A stretch of DNA of 44,346 nt from a virus: IMG/VR virus record IMGVR_UViG_3300031087_000004; one strand, 5' to 3'. Positions 1 through 7,430 of the stretch are shown piece after piece. The position numbers and the translations under genes are program-made. The number at the start of each line of letters is the position of its first letter. Within the stretch, counting starts at the first letter, position 1. The notes beneath the pieces are model-generated. The model saw only the letters and a program-made list of their open reading frames with translations, searched no databases and was not told the DNA's origin.

Positions 1-127
1 GGCAGGGATCCGCCAGCGACTGGGTGGTGATGCCCGTCCAGTGTTGTTCGATGAATCCGAGTCAAACAACGAACGCGAGGCGCAGCGCGTCCAGAACATC
101 CTTTCGATGGTTCGCCAGGCATCCAGT
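1..127. repeat. Terminal overlap identical to 44220..44346. The window is a closed 44,219-bp phage genome plus 127 bp of redundancy.
   Basis: Direct reading: both ends carry ggcagggatccgccagcgactgggtggtgatgcccgtcc...ggttcgccaggcatccagt. The identity begins exactly at base 1 / 44220. Confidence 0.95.
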
Positions 128-979
128 GAGAGCCAGGCGGAGACGCTGAAAGGCAGCGCCAACGGCGACAGCATAACGTTTATGATCCGCAGCATGTTTT
201 GCTTCGCATCCATTCAGGTGGGCATGAAGCAGCAGGCCGATATTGAGCGTTTAACGGTGCTGGCGATGCGCGGCAAAGAGGGTGAAGAGAACGCGGCAGG
301 CAACTGGGAGCAGCTGAGCGAGCGCCTTTACCAGCTGCGCCGGGATAAGGATCTACCGGCCCGCCTGTTTAAGCGCACGCTGGATTTGATGCCCACCACG
401 CTGGCGAACATCAAAACCTTTTCCCGGGCTGCCGGTGATTATTTCGGTACCGCCCGCGAAGGCGACCAGTACGGCACGTTGCTGGCTGGCTGCTGGAGCC
501 TGATCAGCACTGAGGCAGCGACCTATGAGGAGGCGCAGGAAATGATCGGGCGCTTCACGTGGGACGAAATCAAAGAGCGCAGCAGCGAGAGCGAAAGCAG
601 CCAGGTGCTGGCCCGCATCATGGGTATCACCGACAAACTGGGCAACGGGCTTAACGTCCGACTGCTGGAAGTGCTGCAGCAGGCCGCTGGCCGTGGGCAG
701 GGTATTGGTCTGGATCAGAAAGAGGCGCAGCGCGTGTTACGCACTTACGGGATGGTCTACGAAGAAGGGCACCTGCTGATTGCCAACAACTGCCCGTATA
801 TCGAACGCCGCCTGCGTGATACGTCATTCGGCAGTGACTGGCGCGGGCAGCTGATGCGCGTTGCTGGCGTCGTGGCCTGGCCAAAGCCGAAAAAGATTAA
901 CGGCACCCTGTCGCGCTGCGTGGGCATACCGTTTGATCTGGTGGCAGAAGACCCGAGCCAGCAGGAGCTGCTAAACTGA
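2..979 (+). CDS. Primase-helicase, 3' part (continues from 42415..44346 across the circular junction; 927 aa in total)
   Basis: The frame of ORF 41..979 is the same as the open frame running off the window end once the 127-bp overlap is applied (41+44219=44260, same phase as 42415). Stop TGA at 977-979. Confidence 0.9.
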   Translation, partial: AGIRQRLGGDARPVLFDESESNNEREAQRVQNILSMVRQASSESQAETLKGSANGDSITFMIRSMFCFASIQVGMKQQADIERLTVLAMRGKEGEENAAGNWEQLSERLYQLRRDKDLPARLFKRTLDLMPTTLANIKTFSRAAGDYFGTAREGDQYGTLLAGCWSLISTEAATYEEAQEMIGRFTWDEIKERSSESESSQVLARIMGITDKLGNGLNVRLLEVLQQAAGRGQGIGLDQKEAQRVLRTYGMVYEEGHLLIANNCPYIERRLRDTSFGSDWRGQLMRVAGVVAWPKPKKINGTLSRCVGIPFDLVAEDPSQQELLN

Positions 980-1016
980 CAGTGCTGTGATACGCGCAGG
1001 GATGCGCACCCCCCCG

Positions 1017-1039
1017 ACCCGCTTCTGCGGGTTTTTTTT
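1017..1039 (+). terminator. Rho-independent terminator after the primase-helicase gene
   Basis: acccgc-ttct-gcgggt stem-loop followed by a run of eight T, 38 nt after the stop codon. Confidence 0.8.
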
Positions 1040-1079
1040 CGCCCCCCAGACCCCCAAACACCCAGAAACCAGCGAAAAG

Positions 1080-1395
1080 GGTTACAAACAGCCCGAGGTT
1101 ACAAGGCTTGTTACCTCATTTGTAACCGCTAAGTGTATGTTTTCAAAGGAAGGTTACAAGGTTACAGAGGTTACACGGAAATACAGAGAGTTGTAACGTG
1201 TGTGTGCGCGTGTGTGCGCGTGTGCGTGGGGTTATGTTTCCATTTATATATATATTCTTGTAACCTTTATATATATATATATAGAAAACAGATAGTTAAG
1301 GGTTACAAAATGGGGTTACAAGGAGGTTACAAGGCCCGGAATCTTGTAACCTTTTGCCTTAAGTTTATGATATGAAAGGAAATAGCGTTGTAACC
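1080..1395. repeat. Iteron-type origin of replication (candidate)
   Basis: At least 12 copies of GGTTACAA or close variants. Direct copies at 1080, 1097, 1152, 1160, 1169, 1301, 1314 and 1325. Inverted copies (TTGTAACC) at 1120, 1191, 1258, 1344 and 1388. They flank (TA)n tracts at 1245-1255 and 1268-1283. The region is non-coding and lies directly downstream of the primase-helicase. Confidence 0.75.
1197..1228. repeat. 32-nt perfectly alternating pyrimidine-purine tract (cgtgtgtgtgcgcgtgtgtgcgcgtgtgcgtg) inside the origin
   Basis: Direct reading. Contains a tandem gtgtgtgcgc unit. This composition is Z-DNA-prone. Confidence 0.85.
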
Positions 1396-1410
1396 TTTTC
1401 GTTTTTATAT

Positions 1411-1447
1411 GCAATCGTATAGATAAACCCCGGCAATCGTATAGAAT
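1411..1447 (+). promoter_or_regulatory. Two direct repeats of GCAATCGTATAGA (operator half-sites) plus a TAGAAT -10-like hexamer upstream of the Mor-like gene
   Basis: gcaatcgtataga at 1411-1423 and 1432-1444 (21-bp phasing). CGTATAG is one half of the 16-bp palindrome found at four other sites. TAGAAT at 1442-1447. Confidence 0.5.
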
Positions 1448-1478
1448 CAGACTAATCCCGCTACAAAGAGCCTTTCAG

Positions 1479-1949
1479 ATGAACTTACCCAAAAGCGTGC
1501 AGCAGATTGCAGACGTGATAGGTATATCGCAAACCTTAAAGCTAATTGGCCTGCTGCCGGTCTGTAAGGTTCGCGATAAACGCTATTCAAAAGCGATTAG
1601 CAACCGGATCGTGCTGATCGTGCCAGCCAACCTCAAAGCCGACGATAAGCTGGTGAAAATGATCGGATGGGATGACGCCTACAAACTATCCCGCCACTTT
1701 GGCGGCGAATTCCTTTACCCAGCCACCTGCGCCGATATTTATCGCGACTTCCTGAAAGATACAGCGCAACGTATGTACAGAGACGGCAGGAAGCCCGCAG
1801 ACGTTGCCGAAGCCATGCAGATACCCTACAGAACGATTAGCCGCTGGCTGGCTGATGCCATCCCCCACCATGCGCAGGCATGCAGTGCTGGTAATATGTT
1901 CGACGCAACCGGCAGTAACGTGGGGAAAGGCAACAATGTGGCTAATTGA
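1479..1949 (+). CDS. Mor/C-family-like transcriptional activator (putative late activator)
   Basis: 156 aa. ...YKLSRHFGGEFLYP...IYRDF...GRKPADVAEAMQIPYRTISRWL resembles the Mu Mor pattern (HLGGGQVYIP...RD..I..DFNG...el...yg....tvY.aIRR) with a C-terminal HTH. Confidence 0.5.
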   Translation: MNLPKSVQQIADVIGISQTLKLIGLLPVCKVRDKRYSKAISNRIVLIVPANLKADDKLVKMIGWDDAYKLSRHFGGEFLYPATCADIYRDFLKDTAQRMYRDGRKPADVAEAMQIPYRTISRWLADAIPHHAQACSAGNMFDATGSNVGKGNNVAN

Positions 1950-2307
1950 ACTATTCGCGACCCGTATCGACGTATTGCTGGCAGGTTTAGCAGGCGGCTT
2001 TGTGGGTTTACGATTCTATAAGGATTTAACGACGTTTCAGGGACGGATTTACTTTGTGATTTGTGGAGGATTATCCGGCATGTATGTGGCCCCGTTCGCA
2101 TACGACTATTACAAACTGGCAGTACACGACCCCGAAGCGAGTAAAAATGCCTTACTGTTTTACGCGCTGTTTATCGGGATATTCGGCCCCAAGCTGGTTC
2201 AGACGATACTCAATGGAATTGAGAACGGCGCAATATGGGAAATCATCAAAGCCAGATTCTGGGGAGTTATCGAAGCTATTGCCAAAGGCAAAAGCAAGGA
2301 AGAGTAA
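1936..2307 (+). CDS. Holin-like membrane protein (3 predicted TM segments, charged C-terminus)
   Basis: ATG at 1936 preceded by gggaaagg, overlapping the upstream stop. MWLIELFATRIDVLLAGLAGGFVGLRF...IYFVICGGLSGMYVAPF...ALLFYALFIGIFGPKLV...KGKSKEE. Lies immediately upstream of the endolysin. Confidence 0.6.
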   Translation: MWLIELFATRIDVLLAGLAGGFVGLRFYKDLTTFQGRIYFVICGGLSGMYVAPFAYDYYKLAVHDPEASKNALLFYALFIGIFGPKLVQTILNGIENGAIWEIIKARFWGVIEAIAKGKSKEE

Positions 2308-2309
2308 CC

Positions 2310-2657
2310 ATGTTTATCAAAGCGAACACGTTAGAATCAATCTATCAGGCGAGCGGCATTATCGGCGTTTCACTGATCCTGTTTTACTGCGTTGTGCAGA
2401 TATTCGATCCACGCGTCAAAGAAGGCGCGCTGGGCGGTATTTTCTACATGGTCATTGCCAGCAGTTGTGTGGCGTGGCTTTTCCATATGTTCCAGGGCAC
2501 CTTTCCGCACCGCACCACCATTACGATGATTTGCGGGATTGCTGCGCTAATGACCCGTCGTTTAATCCTGTTATCACCGGGCTGGATGCGCTTTAAGGCA
2601 TGGTGGTTTATTCAGGCAAAGGCCGCAAAGGCCGAAAACCTCAACCGGAGGAAGTAA
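2310..2657 (+). CDS. Second holin/antiholin-like membrane protein (3 predicted TM segments)
   Basis: ATG at 2310, 3 nt after the previous stop. Hydrophobic segments SGIIGVSLILFYCVVQIF, GGIFYMVIASSCVAWLF and ITMICGIAALM, with a basic C-terminus. Confidence 0.55.
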   Translation: MFIKANTLESIYQASGIIGVSLILFYCVVQIFDPRVKEGALGGIFYMVIASSCVAWLFHMFQGTFPHRTTITMICGIAALMTRRLILLSPGWMRFKAWWFIQAKAAKAENLNRRK

Positions 2658-2659
2658 GA

Positions 2660-3139
2660 ATGGCACGCATAACAGCAGAAGCAGCAGGCGGCCAGAACGT
2701 TATCGCGTTTCTGGATATGCTCGCCTTTTCGGAAGGCACCGACAACGGCAGGCAGCGGACGAAAGACAATGGCTACGACGTCCTGGTGGGCGGACAGTTG
2801 TTTGCAGGCTATGCAGATCACCCGCGCAAATTGATCCGCATTGATAAGCTGAAAATCAACAGCACCGCAGCTGGACGCTACCAGATCCTTTCCCGCTATT
2901 ACGATGCCTACAAAAAGCAGCTGGGCCTGCCTGACTTTGGCCCGGTATCACAGGACAAAATCGCGCTGCAGATGATGCGGGAATGCCGTGCCATCGCCAT
3001 GCTGCAGAAGGGAGACATTAAAAACGCGATTATGGCCTGCGCCAGTCGCTGGGCATCGCTGCCTGGTGCTGGCTACGGACAGCACGAACACAAAATGGAC
3101 GTGCTGATTGAGCAATGGCGCAAGGCCGGGGGCAAATAG
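2660..3139 (+). CDS. Endolysin, lambda R-type lytic transglycosylase
   Basis: FLDMLAFSEGTDNGRQRTKDNGYDVLVGG...HPRKL...AAGRYQILSRYYDAYKKQLGLPDF...WASLPGAGYGQHEHK is near-colinear with lambda R (FLDMLAWSEGTDNGRQKTRNHGYDVIVGG...). SD ggagga lies upstream of ATG 2660. Confidence 0.93.
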   Translation: MARITAEAAGGQNVIAFLDMLAFSEGTDNGRQRTKDNGYDVLVGGQLFAGYADHPRKLIRIDKLKINSTAAGRYQILSRYYDAYKKQLGLPDFGPVSQDKIALQMMRECRAIAMLQKGDIKNAIMACASRWASLPGAGYGQHEHKMDVLIEQWRKAGGK

Positions 3140-3141
3140 CT

Positions 3142-3687
3142 ATGAACGTGGGCAACGTGATAGTGCCCACGTGGGCCAAATGGGTGGGGCTGGCCGGTGG
3201 GCTGGCCCTTCTCATTTTCGCCGCGTGCGTGCTCAATGTGCGCTATTTCATCAATCCAGCGGTTAACGCCGAAACGGCCCGCTGGCAGGAAAGATGGGAT
3301 AAGCGAAACCTGGCTGATGTTAAGGCCAAAGCCGATTTTGACAACCAGAAGCGCGATTATGAGAGGAAACGACAGGATGAAGTTAACCAGATACAAAAAG
3401 ACGCCCAAAACGAAGTCGCTCGCCTTGCTGCTTTGCGTGCTGCTGCTGATCGCAATTCTGACAGGCTGCAGCAGCAAATCAGCGCCGCTATCACCCGACT
3501 ACGTGCCGGACAGCCTGCCACCGATGCCGCAGGAAGGCAGGCAGGGGATAGCGCCGGACTATTGCTTACCCAGCTGTACAGAGAGATTGACGCAACAGCG
3601 GGAAGAATGGCGGCAGAGGCTGACAGGGCCAGAGCAGCAGGGCTGACCTGTGAGGCTGTTTTCGATTCTATGCGTAAACCCAAATAA
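3142..3687 (+). CDS. i-spanin (Rz-like)
   Basis: N-terminal TM WVGLAGGLALLIFAACVL, then a long R/Q/A/D-rich coiled-coil-like region. Follows the endolysin and contains an embedded lipoprotein ORF. Confidence 0.8.
   Translation: MNVGNVIVPTWAKWVGLAGGLALLIFAACVLNVRYFINPAVNAETARWQERWDKRNLADVKAKADFDNQKRDYERKRQDEVNQIQKDAQNEVARLAALRAAADRNSDRLQQQISAAITRLRAGQPATDAAGRQAGDSAGLLLTQLYREIDATAGRMAAEADRARAAGLTCEAVFDSMRKPK
3377..3646 (+). CDS. o-spanin (Rz1-like), fully embedded in the +1 frame of the i-spanin gene
   Basis: MKLTRYKKTPKTKSLALLLCVLLLIAILTGCSS has a lipobox (LTGC) followed by a Pro-rich mature part. ATG at 3377 follows gagagg..acagg. Confidence 0.8.
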   Translation: MKLTRYKKTPKTKSLALLLCVLLLIAILTGCSSKSAPLSPDYVPDSLPPMPQEGRQGIAPDYCLPSCTERLTQQREEWRQRLTGPEQQG

Positions 3688-3733
3688 CACCCCGGCCCCC
3701 CTTGTGGGGGCTATGGCATACAGAGGGCAGGCT

Positions 3734-3997
3734 ATGACTAAGCGACCAATGAACACACCCAGGGCAGAGACGCAGGAGCAGAGGGACAGGAGGCTTGAAC
3801 AGCACCGCGAGGAATGGAGTAAGCGGGGTTACATGCCAATAGCCCTAGAACGCACTGAGAGCGTCGCTAACACTAAGGCAGTGTACGAGACACATACATG
3901 GCTAGACGTGGCAGCAGTGGCGTGCGCAGGAGCTGCAGGCGTGTACATAGTGGCAAGGCTTGCATGGGTGGGCCTATGCATTGCGATAGGTCAATGA
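3734..3997 (+). CDS. Hypothetical C-terminally membrane-anchored protein
   Basis: ATG 3734 preceded by agaggg. 87 aa ending in the hydrophobic LDVAAVACAGAAGVYIVARLAWVGLCIAIGQ. An alternative start is at 3713. Confidence 0.5.
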   Translation: MTKRPMNTPRAETQEQRDRRLEQHREEWSKRGYMPIALERTESVANTKAVYETHTWLDVAAVACAGAAGVYIVARLAWVGLCIAIGQ

Positions 3998-4059
3998 TGA
4001 GAATGATTACCATCGACGTGTCAAATGATAACGTTTCTCATTTCAAAAAATTTTTAAGG

Positions 4060-4110
4060 TACTTCCCGAGGGGGCAGCCTTGCGGGGGCAGTGCCGCCGC
4101 GACAAACACG
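4060..4110. other. Candidate cos (cohesive-end) region
   Basis: A GC-rich island (cccgaGGGGGCAGccttgcGGGGGCAGtgccgccgcgac, with GGGGGCAG repeated at 4070 and 4084) is embedded in AT-rich flanks. It lies just upstream of Nu1-like terS. AACCAG/AACCAC repeats occur at 4131-4166. Confidence 0.35.
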
Positions 4111-4193
4111 CTGTAAGAAGTTTCTTAAAAACCAGTTTTACAATTATAAAGTAACCAGATTAACCACTTTTTTCGATTAGAAGGGCCAATGCG

Positions 4194-4733
4194 ATGGCAA
4201 TACGTGGACAGACAGTCAACCGAACCGATCTGGCGCAGATTTTTGGCGTCTCTATGCCGACCGTCGATCGCTGGATTCGTGCAGGCATGCCGGTGCTATC
4301 AGCTGGCCGCCGTGGAGTATCGGCGGAATTCAATACGGCGGAATGTTTTGAATGGCTGCGCAATTCGGCAGTGGACGAAGCCACGGGCAAGGTGATGGCA
4401 GACGACGCGACGATAGACCGCCGCATGAAGACCGCCAAAATGGTGCGCGCCGAACTAGACCTAGAAAAAGAAAAGGGCACGCTGGCCCCGATTGCCCAGA
4501 TGGAAGCTGCGCTGGCGAATATCTTCGCGAACCTCCGCGCAAAAATGCGCGTTATCCCGAGCCGCGCTTACGGGGCGCTGGTGGGGGAAGACGACGAAGG
4601 GATCTGGAAAGAAACCCTGATGCGGGAGATCGACGGGGCGCTGACTGACACCGCCAATTCGAACCTGTTTACCGGCCCTATGGATGAATTGGAGGCAGAG
4701 CAAGATGGGTTTGACGACGAAGACGAAGAGTAA
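4194..4733 (+). CDS. terS: Terminase small subunit, lambda Nu1-like
   Basis: VNRTDLAQIFGVSMPTVDRWIRAGMPVLSAGRRGVSAEFNTAECFEWL parallels lambda Nu1 VNKKQLADIFGASIRTIQNWQEQGMPVLRGGGKGNEVLYDSAAVIKWY. Acidic C-terminus. Confidence 0.88.
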   Translation: MAIRGQTVNRTDLAQIFGVSMPTVDRWIRAGMPVLSAGRRGVSAEFNTAECFEWLRNSAVDEATGKVMADDATIDRRMKTAKMVRAELDLEKEKGTLAPIAQMEAALANIFANLRAKMRVIPSRAYGALVGEDDEGIWKETLMREIDGALTDTANSNLFTGPMDELEAEQDGFDDEDEE

Positions 4734-6891
4734 AAGGGCGAAGCCAGCGGCAAAGCCACAACCAAAGGCGGAGGATTACGGCCAATTCCGTAACCTTGCT
4801 GGGATCCTGTCTGCCGTCAAAAGAGCGCAGCGCAACCTGATCCCGCCGCCCGTCATGCTGCCCAGCGTGTGGGCTGAGAAGAATATCAAGATTCCTACCG
4901 GCAACGCCGTGCCGGGGCCGTACCGCATCCACAACGCCCCCTATCAGCGGGAGCCTATGGACATGCTGGTGCAGCCCGACTGCTACCGCGTTTCCCTGAT
5001 GTGGGGCGCGCAGGTGGGCAAAACGCTGCTGGCGCTTTGCGTGCAAGCGTATTGCATCGGGGCCAGCCCGCGCAGCCAGATGATGATGCAGCCCAGCGAA
5101 AACGATTTAGGCGTGTGGCTGGAAACGAAATTTAACCCGCTGGCGGAAGACTGCAGCGCCGTGGCTGACGCGCTGGCGCAGGGTAAAGTTGATAACAAAA
5201 AAATGAAGGGCTACCCGGGCGGCTTTATGATGTTTGCCTGGGCTGGCTCGCCTAAAACGATGCGTGGACGTTCGGCCCCGACCATTATCTGCGATGAGGT
5301 GGACGGCTACGAACGGACAAGCGAGGGGCACCCGGTTAGCCTGCTGTGGCAACGTTCGGCAACGTTCGGTGATATCCGTTTCCTGATCGATATCTCAACG
5401 CCAACCATCAAAGGGGAAAGCTACATTGAAAAATCGTTTGAAGCTGGCGATCAGCGTCGTTTCTATGTGCCTTGCCCACACTGCGAAGCGCATGTGCTGC
5501 TGGAGTGGGAGCACATACACTGGCCTGGCAGGATGGGCAGCGACGAAGAGAACATTAAAGCACTGGACGAAATGGAGCCAGAAAAGGCCCATTTCCACTG
5601 CCCGGACTGTGGCGCGCAATGGACAGACGGCCAGCGCATTGCGGCGATACGCAAAGCGGAAAGCGTAGGGGCTGGCTGGAAAGCCACCCGCCCGTTTACC
5701 GGTCACGCCAGTTACCACCTGAACGAGCTGTACAGCACATTCCGCAAGATACCGGCGATCGTGCGTGACTACATCGACAAGCTGAAAACCGACGACCTGC
5801 AGACGTTTTACAACGTATCGCTGGCGCTGACGTGGGACGAAAAAGGGGAAAGCGCAGACCCGGACAGCCTGATGGCGCGCCGCGAGATTTACAGCGAGGA
5901 TGGATCCTTTGACGTACCGGCCGGCGGCTTGTATTTAACGGCCGGAATCGACATGCAGATCGACCGTCTGGAATGTGAAGTGGTGGCGTGGGGGCTGGGC
6001 GAAGAAAGCTGGAGCCTGGGTTACTGGGTATTCTGGGGCGACCCGCTGACCGGGGATCCGTGGGATCAGCTGGACGACCTACTGGAAAGCCATTTCATCC
6101 ACGAAACCGGCGCAAAGCTGCGGATCATGGGCGCATGCCTCGATACTGGCGGTACAAACGGAATGACGTCTGCGGCCTATGCATATGCGAAGGGCCGTAC
6201 TGGCCGCCGCCTCTTTGCGATAAAAGGCGTGCCCGGATGGGGCAAAGCGGTGGCAGAGAAGCCCAGCCGCCGCCAGTCTGGTAAAGACACCCGTAAAGTG
6301 GACTTGTGGCCGATCGCGGTTGACGAAGGAAAGTTGATTGTTACGCGCCGCCTGAACAAGACGGAGGCAGGCCCGGGTTATTGCCACTTCCCGGACGATC
6401 GGCACGAAGAATGGTTTAACCAGCTGACCGCTGAAAAGATGGTCACTAAATACGTTCGCGGGCAGCCGGTTCGCGAGTGGAAAAAGCCAGACCGCGCCCG
6501 AAATGAGGCGCTGGACTGCCGCGTGTACGCTTATGCCGCCCTGAAAATTACCGCCCCCCGCCTGCTTAAGATTGCCCAGAGGCTGGGAATTGATACCACT
6601 GGCGCAGAACCAGAGCGCCGCAAGAGGCTTAAAACCGTGCCAAAAATGCCAAAATCCGAGACAGAATTGCCACAAACCGATACAGCGGTACCAGAAACGC
6701 CAGTTTTAGCGAGCTTTGCGCCAGAACCGGAGGAAAACGAACCAGTGGAGGTGGTGCAGAATGCCATCCCGCACAATGACAAACCAGCCACAACAAAGCA
6801 GAATCGACCACGCTTACAATCAAAAGCCGTAGCCGGGAAGAAGGCAAAAAAAGCCGGTGGCGGCGCTAACTGGGTGAAAGGGGGCTGGTGA
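4705..6891 (+). CDS. terL: Terminase large subunit, GpA family, with a low-complexity C-terminal extension of about 90 aa
   Basis: ggagg lies 9 nt before ATG 4705 (an alternative in-frame ATG is at 4684). Walker-like GAQVGKT. The zinc-ribbon pattern CPHCEAHVLLEWEHIHW...FHCPDCGAQW is typical of lambda gpA-type terminases. Confidence 0.9.
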   Translation: MGLTTKTKSKRAKPAAKPQPKAEDYGQFRNLAGILSAVKRAQRNLIPPPVMLPSVWAEKNIKIPTGNAVPGPYRIHNAPYQREPMDMLVQPDCYRVSLMWGAQVGKTLLALCVQAYCIGASPRSQMMMQPSENDLGVWLETKFNPLAEDCSAVADALAQGKVDNKKMKGYPGGFMMFAWAGSPKTMRGRSAPTIICDEVDGYERTSEGHPVSLLWQRSATFGDIRFLIDISTPTIKGESYIEKSFEAGDQRRFYVPCPHCEAHVLLEWEHIHWPGRMGSDEENIKALDEMEPEKAHFHCPDCGAQWTDGQRIAAIRKAESVGAGWKATRPFTGHASYHLNELYSTFRKIPAIVRDYIDKLKTDDLQTFYNVSLALTWDEKGESADPDSLMARREIYSEDGSFDVPAGGLYLTAGIDMQIDRLECEVVAWGLGEESWSLGYWVFWGDPLTGDPWDQLDDLLESHFIHETGAKLRIMGACLDTGGTNGMTSAAYAYAKGRTGRRLFAIKGVPGWGKAVAEKPSRRQSGKDTRKVDLWPIAVDEGKLIVTRRLNKTEAGPGYCHFPDDRHEEWFNQLTAEKMVTKYVRGQPVREWKKPDRARNEALDCRVYAYAALKITAPRLLKIAQRLGIDTTGAEPERRKRLKTVPKMPKSETELPQTDTAVPETPVLASFAPEPEENEPVEVVQNAIPHNDKPATTKQNRPRLQSKAVAGKKAKKAGGGANWVKGGW
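6761..6804 (+). promoter_or_regulatory. Late-region 20-bp element, copy 1 (ATGCCATCCCGCACAATGAC) plus a phased -10-like hexamer
   Basis: 20-mer at 6761-6780; ATGACA at 6776-6781; 17 nt; CAGAAT at 6799-6804. Embedded in the terL 3' extension, about 85 nt upstream of the next gene. Confidence 0.5.
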
Positions 6892-7430
6892 TGCCAGTAA
6901 CGGTTCCAAAAAACATAATCCACGGGATGCCATTCACGTGGGCGACCAATTACCGCCCGCGCGGAATCACCACCACCGGCCAGCTGGTTATCCGTGGCGG
7001 TGCAAGCCTTCTGACGCTGGGATCCGTGGTTGAAAATAACCACCTCGTTTTCCGGGCTGATGCTGACAACGCCGCAGACCTGTTACCGGGGCTTTATTTT
7101 TACCAGATGATCGCCACCACGGGCGGCGTGCCGGAAGTGCTGGAAAGTGGCCGCTTTACGGTGCAGGCCAATCTGGCGCTGGTAGGGCCGGAATTCGACG
7201 GCCTGAGCGAAAACCAAAAAGCCCTGATTGCGATTAACAAGACGCTGGCAGCGCGTGCGCAGGGTGGCGCGCCCGTTCGGTACCGAATCAACAACCGCGA
7301 GTTATACAGCGAATCAATGACCGACCTTTTAGCACTGCAAAAGCATTACCAGTTGCTGGTAAATGCCGAGCTGGCAGCAGAAGCCGGATCTGATCTGTGG
7401 AACCGCAAAATAAGGTACTCCATGAAATGA
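6891..7430 (+). CDS. gpW-like head-tail joining protein with an extra N-terminal domain
   Basis: ATG 6891 overlaps the terL stop (TGATG). The C-terminal part, QKALIAINKTLAARAQGGAPVRYRINNRELYSESMTDLLALQKHYQ, resembles lambda gpW. Its position between terL and portal matches lambda. Confidence 0.55.
   Translation: MPVTVPKNIIHGMPFTWATNYRPRGITTTGQLVIRGGASLLTLGSVVENNHLVFRADADNAADLLPGLYFYQMIATTGGVPEVLESGRFTVQANLALVGPEFDGLSENQKALIAINKTLAARAQGGAPVRYRINNRELYSESMTDLLALQKHYQLLVNAELAAEAGSDLWNRKIRYSMK

Noticed and set aside
987-1375. Track ORFs 987..1196 and 1133..1375 (69 and 80 aa)
   Set aside because: They lie entirely in the iteron/(TA)n/(GT-GC)n origin region. Their sequences (for example VCACVRVCVGLCFHLYIYSCNLYIYIY) are direct read-outs of simple repeats, with no SD or coding-like composition.
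1080-1395. Possible CRISPR array, because of the many short repeats
   Set aside because: The repeats are only 8 bp, occur in both orientations with irregular spacing of 8-60 bp, and have no uniform spacers. This pattern fits replication iterons, not CRISPR.
1804-1935. N-terminal extension of the holin-like ORF (track start 1804)
   Set aside because: The extension overlaps the Mor-like gene in another frame and reads as low-complexity sequence. An ATG with a good SD at 1936 gives a typical 3-TM holin-sized protein.
3691-3712. Small stem-loop ccccc-cttgt-ggggg after the spanin genes, as a terminator
   Set aside because: The stem is only 5 bp and no T-tract follows, so evidence for termination is insufficient.
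3898-4116. Track ORF 3898..4116 (72 aa) spanning the terS-upstream gap
   Set aside because: It overlaps the 3734..3997 gene out of frame and then runs through the AT-rich/GC-island cos candidate. It has no SD and a poor composition.
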